From: an uncultured Desulfarculus sp.
Lineage (GTDB): Bacteria; Desulfobacterota; Desulfarculia; Desulfarculales; Desulfarculaceae
Length of the DNA: 64,000 bases
Direction: 5' to 3'
Assembly (NCBI GenBank): GCA_963665125.2
Contig: CAXXUK010000001.1
Coordinates: 2,912,001 to 2,976,000, forward strand
This document shows positions 57,401-64,000 of this stretch, in pieces. The translations under genes and the position numbers were made by a program. A model generated the notes under the pieces. That model was not told the origin of the DNA and ran no database searches. It saw only the letters and a list, made by a program, of their open reading frames with translations. Within the stretch, counting starts at the first letter, position 1. Each line of letters begins with the position of its first letter.

Positions 57401-57632
57401 GCGTTTTGCGTATGAGGCCATTGGTTTTTCATGTACTCTGAAAACCGACGTATTTACCGTGCGCGGTCTGATCCGCCAGGGAAATGTGGAATATATTGTA
57501 AGAAAGCCGGCCTTTTTCGGCATCAATGTAATAAACGCGAACAAGGACAACCAGATCAGTTTTTCGGATATGCTGGAGCGGGTCCGCAGGGTCGCCGCCG
57601 ATAGGGCCAAGAGCCCGGAAGACAAAGGATAA
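54495..57632 (+). CDS. YdbH/AsmA-like bridge lipid-transfer protein
   Basis: N-terminal TM anchor, long amphipathic beta-rich body, C-terminal F.Y..IGF.C.L; upstream of a YdbL-like gene. Confidence 0.75.
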   Translation: MMVLKLLLKIIAGLLAAILLLAAAAIAVVTIWPGVLQPALEWALAPQNGCAVIQAVEFNPLRQSLSLRGLRITGPNPEILDVQAGQVMIRADLLRALGGGSPLRMVKADGLQVVFTAQPGEGGGGFDPALLGHLLAVDSLMVYAKSLDIALPQARVRVSGLALNRSEKGKADLDLMAIVAVTGADGGQWFQGQLTGRGSAAEGKTLSGYLSLNKAKLDTPWLGGEMMAGLNFGLQGNTLDVGIIRLSLPDSTVRLTVDGKQLAWSGVKARLAARGKYDLAKAEANIETVSLVVDDILKVSGSYSPKGLAAKASLNCGGKLLEVLEPILPQSLRGLGLQGTLDFELARLVDGLNELRLVPDGFRVFLPDGLIDAEFGGMIQLAGKDADLQWSGALVADASGRAGDLTMDHLQLKLPLAGPLLQPASPRPELLAPAGAIAWQGRTLPLGLVSAAGELVWQNDLPMLDNIVLKAEALGSLSGSAGMGPNGPVGALAGQNIAAGPILALTRAIMPGKVDGWQASGGLDLDVSLTQQSGVPAISADLKPRDLGLRSADGLLMLAKLQGSLKAGVQMGAKPRFTAELALRTGQLLYDTLYLDLSQRPLAVKAAGMRQGPSVWRDMLLDLRLGGMGSLRLSGAMDVSNKGKPVYSGRLSVKDFEIGPAFAELARPSLSARQPELGLMEMGGQADLGLDFKGKGSSAAISGRLAVAGGWLSPDGQAKTFQGLDLGLPFSYELGGKRNPKNKPMQWGSLRLAKIEGGGISLSKLNLTLALIPNRLIVKEAVSLPLYGAELRASGIRVDQPLSPDFKANLDATLSKLDMAALPTGGMKLQGSLSGRLGPVVLTAKGLSCGGGLTGTFFGGKLRVSNILARELFSGVPVFGADAEARNVDLKKLTTALGAGVVSGRVDIDLKGLRVASGQPQAFDLRVLSKETAGVDQEVSLQAVNSISVIGTGEGLTGLGMGLLQPLFERFAYEAIGFSCTLKTDVFTVRGLIRQGNVEYIVRKPAFFGINVINANKDNQISFSDMLERVRRVAADRAKSPEDKG

Positions 57633-57643
57633 AGGAGCAGTTT

Positions 57644-58237
57644 ATGGGCAAAATGCACAAAATGCTGAAACCGTTGACGTTCGGGCTTACGCTCATGCTT
57701 GCCGCCTGCGTGACGGTCAATATCTATTTCCCGGCGGCGGAAGTGCAAAAAACAGCCGAAGAGATCGTCAGCGATGTCTATGGCGACAAAAAGCAGGAGC
57801 AGACCAAGCCCGAGGAAAAACCCGGTGACGCATCGAGCCTGGAGCGCATCCTCAATATCATCGGGCCCAGTCCGGCCATGGCCCAGAACGTAACCGCCGT
57901 GAGCAATGCCTCGATCCGGGCCATCAAGGACCGCATCACCGCCCGGCATCAGCAACTAGCTCCCTTCTACGCCAGGGGCAACGTGGGAATCGCCAATAAC
58001 GGCATGCTGGTGCTGCGCGACCAAGGCGGCCTCTCAGTGCCCCAGGTGGCCCAGGTGCGCCGTCTGGTCAACGCCGACAACGCGGACAGAAACCGCCTGA
58101 ACCAGGAAGTGGCCTCGGCCATCAAACAGCCCCAGAACACGGCAAAGGTGGCGGGCATCTTTGCCGACGAGTGGCGCAACAAGGCGGCACGGGGCTGGTG
58201 GATCCAACAGAACAACGGGGCCTGGGTCCGCAAGTAG
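57644..58237 (+). CDS. Lipoprotein, YdbL/DUF1318 family
   Basis: Lipobox LAAC, VTVNIYFP, NADR, GWWIQ...G.W..K. Confidence 0.85.
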   Translation: MGKMHKMLKPLTFGLTLMLAACVTVNIYFPAAEVQKTAEEIVSDVYGDKKQEQTKPEEKPGDASSLERILNIIGPSPAMAQNVTAVSNASIRAIKDRITARHQQLAPFYARGNVGIANNGMLVLRDQGGLSVPQVAQVRRLVNADNADRNRLNQEVASAIKQPQNTAKVAGIFADEWRNKAARGWWIQQNNGAWVRK

Positions 58238-58260
58238 CCTTCAGCATCATCCAAAACACG

Positions 58261-58296
58261 GCCGCCGCCCGTTTCGCGGGCGGCGGCTGTTGTTTG
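58261..58296 (+). terminator. Terminator between convergent genes
   Basis: GCCGCCGCCCG-TTTCG-CGGGCGGCGGC followed by TGTTGTTT. Confidence 0.7.
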
Positions 58297-58324
58297 CTAT
58301 GCTGTGCCGTTTGACGGCCGGGGG

Positions 58325-58624
58325 CTAGACGCCATCCCTGTCGGCGATCTTGGTGATCTTGTCGGCAATGCGGAAGGCCACCAGGATCAGCTCCATGTAG
58401 ATGCGGGCCAAGATAAGCAGCAGGCACGCGCCGATGGGAGCCATGATCAGCATCAGCAGAGTCGAGCCGAAGCCCTGGGAATAGGCGAATGCTTGGTAGA
58501 TCGACATCAGGAAGAAAATGCCGACGCCAATGATGGACAGGACGTAGAGAACCTTGACCACTTTAGGGGTCACAAAGCTGGAGAAAGACAGGTCGAAAAG
58601 TTCGGCAAAAAAGTTCTTTTGCAT
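58325..58624 (-). CDS. DUF4282-like small membrane protein
   Basis: AAGGAGG RBS; LFDLSFSSFVTPK, R...E...V.FRI. Confidence 0.85.
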   Translation of the reverse strand: MQKNFFAELFDLSFSSFVTPKVVKVLYVLSIIGVGIFFLMSIYQAFAYSQGFGSTLLMLIMAPIGACLLLILARIYMELILVAFRIADKITKIADRDGV

Positions 58625-58710
58625 CAGGGCCTCCTTGTTATTATTGCCGGGCAGGCATTTCATTTTGTCCATGATAGCTTTGTATTTGCTTTTTAAACAA
58701 CCGTAATTGG

Positions 58711-59286
58711 ATGCGTAACGATTATTTTACGGTGGGCGTGCGCAACATGGTTTTGTATCGGGAACTGGCGGCGATTTTGGACAAGGCGAAGGATTGTTCG
58801 CCGCCATGGTCCGACCAAAATCAGTGGCGGGAGTTGAACCGGTTGATGGCCGACTGGGCCGCCGCCGACGCCCAAGGCCCGGCCAGGACGCTGGCCGCGG
58901 AAATGGCCCGGCACCTGGCCCGAGCCGACCGGCTCATGGACGGGCTCTGCGCTGCGGCCTGCCCCTGGTGCCCGGATCCCTGCTGCATCAGCGCAAGGGT
59001 CTGGCTGGATCACGCTGATCTGGCCTTTATCCATCTGGCCGGATTCGCACCTCCCCCCGCCCAATTGCGTGACGGACCCGGCCAGACCTGCCGATATCTG
59101 GGCCCCAGAGGTTGTGCCCTGCCAAGACATTCAAGGCCATGGGTCTGCACCTGGCATATCTGCCCAACCCTGAAAGCGCGCCTGGACAAGCAACCGGAAG
59201 ACCGCATCGCCTGGCTCGAGCTTCAGGACGCAATCAAGCTCATTCGCAAAGAAATAGCCAGACGCCTGCCATCATACGGCCTATAG
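58711..59286 (+). CDS. Cys-cluster hypothetical protein (YkgJ-like)
   Basis: C.AACPWCPDPCC, CRYLGPRGCAL...RPWVCTWHIC; start uncertain. Confidence 0.7.
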   Translation: MRNDYFTVGVRNMVLYRELAAILDKAKDCSPPWSDQNQWRELNRLMADWAAADAQGPARTLAAEMARHLARADRLMDGLCAAACPWCPDPCCISARVWLDHADLAFIHLAGFAPPPAQLRDGPGQTCRYLGPRGCALPRHSRPWVCTWHICPTLKARLDKQPEDRIAWLELQDAIKLIRKEIARRLPSYGL

Positions 59287-59418
59287 CAAAAATCCAATTA
59301 AAACATCGTTTTAAGTTGTTATTTTGTAATTGCCGTTGCGGAAACGCAACTAAATGGTAATTATTTTCCTTACCTATTTTTGCAATTGCCTTTCACCTTT
59401 GATTGGGGGGTTCAACCG

Positions 59419-60099
59419 ATGAGCGAAAATAGTGCGGAGATTGCCCGGCTGAAGAGCCGGATCGAGAGCCTTGAAGCTGAACTGGCGCGTTACCGGGCCG
59501 TTGACCGGCAATCGGGCAACGGCTCCTTTTGGGAAGCCTTGGTCTATTCCCGGCCGATATTGAAATCGTTTCTGGATCACACGACCTATGGCGTGGCCGT
59601 CAAGGACAGGGACCTTCGGGTGCGGTTTGCCAACCCGGCTCTTCAAAGGATGCTGGGCCGAAGCGAAGAAAGCATCCTGATGAAATCCAGCATTGATTTC
59701 CTTGGTGCGGAAGACACCCAGCAGCTTGAAGAAGACGACCGGTGGGTTTTGGCCAACGGCGATCATATTGTGCGGGAACTAAGGACAACGCAGAATGGAC
59801 GCGAGATGCACGTGCGCGTTCACAAGTCGCCCATTATTGATTGCAACGATAATTTGGCGGGTATTTTTATTGCCGTGGTTGATCTGAAAGAGCTCGAATC
59901 AATAACCGGATATAAGCCGGGGCAGTCCCAGTTGATACCAATTTGCTCGAGTTGCAAAAAAATCCGCGATGACCAGGGCCGGTGGCTCCCCATGGAGACA
60001 TACCTGATGACCCATTGGAAGACTGGGCCGACTCACACGATCTGCCCGGAATGCGCCAAGGTGCTCTACCCTAATCTGAATCTGAAACTAGTGCCATAA
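59419..60099 (+). CDS. PAS domain protein with C-terminal CxxC...CxxC motif
   Basis: Coiled coil, PAS (VKDRDLR..FAN), PICSSCKKIRD...THTICPEC. Confidence 0.85.
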   Translation: MSENSAEIARLKSRIESLEAELARYRAVDRQSGNGSFWEALVYSRPILKSFLDHTTYGVAVKDRDLRVRFANPALQRMLGRSEESILMKSSIDFLGAEDTQQLEEDDRWVLANGDHIVRELRTTQNGREMHVRVHKSPIIDCNDNLAGIFIAVVDLKELESITGYKPGQSQLIPICSSCKKIRDDQGRWLPMETYLMTHWKTGPTHTICPECAKVLYPNLNLKLVP

Positions 60100-60182
60100 A
60101 GCGCGGCGGCCCCGACGGGTAAAGCCGCCGGGGCCGCAGTGATTTTAAAGCCAAGCCAGGTGTTTCCCTGGCTATCCCAACC

Positions 60183-62408
60183 CTATTTGAGGCCGCGCTT
60201 TTCAGGCGGTATGCCCTCGCTGTCGAGCCAGCTCTCGTAGCCGGCCATCTTGGCCAGGACATTGACGGCGCGCTCGGGCGTGGGGAAGAAAACGCTTTTA
60301 TATTTGCAACCATCGATTTCGTAGAGGGTCTTGTCGCTGCCGTCCGATGTGAGACTGACACCGACAATCGGTTTTTTGTACTTGTCCACCAACTCGGCTA
60401 TGTATTTCACATAGGAGCTTTCATAATCCTGGAGCGCTTGCTTGATTATATTGATGTCGTCCGGTGTGACATCTGGGTTGACCTCCAAGGCTGCCTTGGA
60501 CAACTGGAAGACCATGCCCTTGCGGCCCAAAATTCCCAACTGGATCACGCAGTCGCAACCATCCCAATTGAGCAGCATGTCCATGACCTTCAGCGGAAGT
60601 TCCGGATCCGACTCGCCCACCAGGTCAATTGGGTTGGCCCTGCTCCAATAGGGCGGCAGGATCTTGTCGATTTCGGCGATTATCTCGGGCGCCAAGTCGA
60701 CGACCTCGAGGCCGTGCTCGGCGCAGAGGTCCGAAGTGACAACGCCCCAGCCGCCGCCCAGGGTCATGATGGCCACCCGGCGGCCGGCGGGCAGTGGCAG
60801 AGATGAAAAGGCGGCGGAGAGGTCCAGAAGTTCCATGGGCTGTTCGGCCATGACAACGCCGGCCTGTTTGCAGGCTGCTTCGAATATGCGGTTGTTGGAG
60901 GCCAGGGCGCCGGTGTGGCTGGCCGCGGCCTTGCCGCCGACATCCGTCCGTCCACCCTTGAGCACCACCACCGGTTTTTCCACGCTGACCCGGCGGGCCG
61001 ACTCGTAAAAGCGCCGGCCGTTTTTCACGCTTTCCAGATACAGGAGCACCGTGTTGGTCAGGTGATCGACCTCGAAGCCGTCCAGGGCGTCTTCAACCGT
61101 CACCATGGCCTCGTTGCCGCTGCCGGCAAAGGCCCTGATCCCGATGCCCTGGGCACCGGCGAAGAACAACAGCTGCACGCCCATGTTTCCCGACTGGCTG
61201 ACAAAGGCCGTGGTGCCGGGTTTGGGCCGGGCCATTGCGCCGGTGCAGAAGAATTTATGGTGCGGGTTGCAGATGCCCATGGTGTTGGGGCCAAGTATTG
61301 TGATACCGGCCTTTTGGGCCTTGCGCACCAGTTGCTCTTCCAACTCGCGGCCTTTGGCGCCGACCTCGGCGAAACCGCTGGAGATAAGCACCACCGACTT
61401 GACGCCTTTTTGTTCCAGCTCATCGATCAGCCCTATGACCAGCGCCGCGGGGATGGTGACGACGGCCAGGTCCACCGCGTCGGGGATCTCCAACACCGAA
61501 GTATAGACATCTCTTCCGGCGATTTTGCCGCCGCTTGGGTTGACCAGATGGATCTTACCCTCGAATTTACCGTAGAGGGTGTTGGTGAACAGAAGATTGC
61601 CCCATTTGCCGAAGGTGCCGCTGGCGCCGATGAAGGCCACTGATTTCGGATGGAAGATGGCGGCCATGTCCGAGGGCGGGATGGGTTTGCGCAACTGGTC
61701 CTTTTGGGGAGGGTCGCCCAACACCACCAGGGCGTCCACGGCGCTGACCTTGCCGTCCGGCGCGACAAGCAGGGGGTTGATGTCCACCTCCCGGACATTG
61801 GGGTTTTCCTGGGCCAGGCGGGAAAGGCCCACCAGGGTGTTGATTATCTGCCGCCGGTCGGCTGCCTGTTCGCCGCGAAAGGGCCCCAGCAGGGCCTTGG
61901 CGTCAAGTTCGTCAATCATTGTGGCGGCGTGTTTTTCGTCCAGCGGAGTTACTTTGAACACCACGTCGTCCAAGGCCTCGGTGAATACGCCGCCCAGGCC
62001 GAACATCACAACCGGGCCGAACTGGTCGTCGGTCAACAGTCCGGCGACAAACTCCCGCCGCCCGCTGAGTTGCGGCTGAACCAGAAAGCCTTCGAGGTCT
62101 TCACCGGCCCTTTGGGCCATGTCTTGGGCGGCGTCCAATACCTGGGTTTCGTTGGTCAACCCTAGCCTGACCAGTCCCATTTCGGACTTGTGGGTCAGTT
62201 TGGCCCCGAGGCCTTTGAGCACCACGGGAAAACCGATCTCCCCGGCCTTCCTGGCGGCGTCGGCCGCATCGGCGGCCACCGCTTCCAGCACCACCGGAAC
62301 CCCGTACGAGGCCAGGAGGGTCTTGGAATCAGCCTCCGAAAGGGTGTGTTGGCCTTTGGACATGGCGCTTTTTATCAATTCAGCAGGTATCACTGATATC
62401 GTCTCCAA
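60183..62408 (-). CDS. ADP-forming acetate/acyl-CoA ligase, fused beta-alpha
   Basis: ATP-grasp (HKSEMG, GLGG, DINPL), CoA-binding GPNTMG, SQSG, phospho-His SHTGA, NPIDL. Confidence 0.92.
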   Translation of the reverse strand: METISVIPAELIKSAMSKGQHTLSEADSKTLLASYGVPVVLEAVAADAADAARKAGEIGFPVVLKGLGAKLTHKSEMGLVRLGLTNETQVLDAAQDMAQRAGEDLEGFLVQPQLSGRREFVAGLLTDDQFGPVVMFGLGGVFTEALDDVVFKVTPLDEKHAATMIDELDAKALLGPFRGEQAADRRQIINTLVGLSRLAQENPNVREVDINPLLVAPDGKVSAVDALVVLGDPPQKDQLRKPIPPSDMAAIFHPKSVAFIGASGTFGKWGNLLFTNTLYGKFEGKIHLVNPSGGKIAGRDVYTSVLEIPDAVDLAVVTIPAALVIGLIDELEQKGVKSVVLISSGFAEVGAKGRELEEQLVRKAQKAGITILGPNTMGICNPHHKFFCTGAMARPKPGTTAFVSQSGNMGVQLLFFAGAQGIGIRAFAGSGNEAMVTVEDALDGFEVDHLTNTVLLYLESVKNGRRFYESARRVSVEKPVVVLKGGRTDVGGKAAASHTGALASNNRIFEAACKQAGVVMAEQPMELLDLSAAFSSLPLPAGRRVAIMTLGGGWGVVTSDLCAEHGLEVVDLAPEIIAEIDKILPPYWSRANPIDLVGESDPELPLKVMDMLLNWDGCDCVIQLGILGRKGMVFQLSKAALEVNPDVTPDDINIIKQALQDYESSYVKYIAELVDKYKKPIVGVSLTSDGSDKTLYEIDGCKYKSVFFPTPERAVNVLAKMAGYESWLDSEGIPPEKRGLK

Positions 62409-62627
62409 TTATTGAATCATGATTCATCATTCACGTTGTGGCGCTATTCTATAAGGCTACTTCTGGTCAGACAAGTAAAATTGCCTGAACGGCCAATAGG
62501 CAAAGCTTAACGCCGTTTATGCCCGAGGCAATTGAAAAGACGCGCCATTAGTTGTCAACACCACCATTTATGATTTATGGTTGCATATTATCGGTGCCGT
62601 AATAAGAGAAATCGGACGTGGGGACCC

Positions 62628-63200
62628 ATGATACTCAAAAGCAGAATTGTCTGCGGCGTGATTTCCATTCTTGTATTGGTGTTGGGTGCCGCCGCCTGCA
62701 ACCAGCCCGCGCCCCTCAGCCCGGACCAGGCCGAATTTAAAAAAGCCGTCGTCACGCAGGTGAAAACGCTTCAGGGCTTGCTGGGCCCGGCCCTGGCCAA
62801 CGGCAAAGGCGACGCGGTTGATACGGCTCTTTCGCGATATTTCGACGAGACCGCCTGGAAGAACATCGCCTGCGATTTCCAGGTCAGGGTGGTCGACAAG
62901 AAAAAGCAGTATATCGGCGGCCGGATGCACCTGAAAAACTGGGATGGCAGCCTGCCCGGCCCGGAGGTGCGCCTGGATTACTCAACCTATGCCAAATCCT
63001 TTGACTCCATAGCCAAAGGCGAGATCTTTTCGAGGCGTTTTTTCAACACGGACGGCCCCTTGGTGATCATCGGGGGGCCGGTTGCCCATCAAGGTGAACC
63101 GGTAGGCGCATTCGGCATCATGCTGCCCGGTGAATGCATGCCCGGCCACTACCGCTTGAAGCAAGACCAGATATTGGCCATTGATTACAACCGCGACTAG
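62628..63200 (+). CDS. Lipoprotein of unknown function (possibly Cache-like)
   Basis: Lipobox AAAC; C-terminal beta pattern GPV...GEPVGAFGI. Confidence 0.65.
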   Translation: MILKSRIVCGVISILVLVLGAAACNQPAPLSPDQAEFKKAVVTQVKTLQGLLGPALANGKGDAVDTALSRYFDETAWKNIACDFQVRVVDKKKQYIGGRMHLKNWDGSLPGPEVRLDYSTYAKSFDSIAKGEIFSRRFFNTDGPLVIIGGPVAHQGEPVGAFGIMLPGECMPGHYRLKQDQILAIDYNRD

Positions 63201-63222
63201 CGGGGTGTTGAAAGGCGGTGCG

Positions 63223-64000
63223 TTAGGCGGCGGATTTGTCGAGCAGTTGCCTTGTTTTGGCCAAGAGGTCGGGCAACCGGAATGGTTTGGGCAGGAAAAA
63301 CTCCGCCCCGGCCCGAAGCACATCGTCAACCCCCGAGGAAGAGGCATATCCGCTGGCCACGATTATCTTTATCCGCGGCGCGACGGCCTTTAGCCGCTCC
63401 AGACAGGCCATTCCGCCCATGCCGGGCATGCCCAGGTCCAACACAACCAGCTTGATTTTATCGCCATGCTTTTCGTACAGCTCCAGCGCCTGTTCACCGG
63501 TGATGGCCTTTAGAACCTCATAGCCGCTGGATTCAAAGAGTTCCGCTGAGGTGTCCAGGATTGGTTGCTCATCATCCACCAACAGGATCAACTCGCCGCT
63601 GCCGGTGAGGGTTTGGACCTCTATGGTTTTCTGGCCAATGCTGGTCCGCCTGCCGGTTACCTCCGGGATGTAGATATCGAATGTCGTCCCGAAACCGGGC
63701 TGACTACTGCAACGGATATCTCCGCCATGGCTTCGGATCACACCCTGGGCCGTGGCCAGCCCCAGGCCGGTGCCGTGTCCTGGGTCTTTAGTGGTGAAAA
63801 ACGGGTCGAAAACCTTTTCCAGGGTTTGCTGGTCCATTCCGTGGCCGGTGTCGGAAAAGCGAACATGCACATACCGCCCCGGCGGAAGGCCCTCGGTGCC
63901 GCCGGCATCATCACAAACAATAACCGATGATGTCGCGACAAAAAGCTTGCCGCCTTGCGGCATTGCATCCCTGGCGTTGGCCCCCAGGTTCAGCACCACT
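63223..64000 (-). CDS. Hybrid histidine kinase/receiver, C-terminal part (truncated by window end)
   Basis: NARDAM, DTGHG, FDPFFTTK, GTGLGL, receiver LVDDE..LDLGMP..KP. Confidence 0.93.
   Translation of the reverse strand, partial: VVLNLGANARDAMPQGGKLFVATSSVIVCDDAGGTEGLPPGRYVHVRFSDTGHGMDQQTLEKVFDPFFTTKDPGHGTGLGLATAQGVIRSHGGDIRCSSQPGFGTTFDIYIPEVTGRRTSIGQKTIEVQTLTGSGELILLVDDEQPILDTSAELFESSGYEVLKAITGEQALELYEKHGDKIKLVVLDLGMPGMGGMACLERLKAVAPRIKIIVASGYASSSGVDDVLRAGAEFFLPKPFRLPDLLAKTRQLLDKSAA

Noticed and set aside
59335..59350. GTTGCG-GAAA-CGCAAC hairpin as part of a c-di-GMP riboswitch
   Set aside because: Only an isolated tetraloop hairpin; the other conserved GEMM elements are not visible.

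Overview
GC-rich bacterial chromosomal window. Gene content (Hdr/Mvh proteins, DsrE/TusA, many acyl-CoA ligases, outer-membrane porin) suggests an anaerobic Gram-negative Desulfobacterota, possibly Desulfarculaceae-like (inference). About 1-32.6 kb is a lipid/acyl-CoA metabolism region. It holds four CoA ligases, a LIV-type ABC transporter, two FabH-like paralogs with degenerate active sites, SDRs, an enoyl-CoA hydratase, an SCP2-type thiolase, an acyl-CoA dehydrogenase, SCP2 and two DUF2148-like Fe-S proteins. Most of these lie in two convergent operons, each headed by a TetR with a visible candidate operator. An IS481-family element (intact IRs, 7-bp TSD, frameshifted transposase) sits at 1730-2954. 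36.9-43.6 kb is a tusA-mvhD-hdrA-hdrA-wHTH-dsrE-hdrD-DUF1638 operon behind a consensus sigma54 promoter. The rest encodes signalling proteins (two diguanylate cyclases, a PAS protein, a hybrid kinase), NfeD/SPFH, a YdbH/YdbL-like pair, an ADP-forming acyl-CoA ligase and others. The most striking non-coding signal is in the ~850-bp gap at 51.7-52.6 kb: 2.5 copies of a ~125-nt four-hairpin unit with compensatory base changes and CsrA-type ANGGA loops. No tRNA, rRNA or CRISPR array was seen. Family assignments come from motif recognition by eye, not from database searches.
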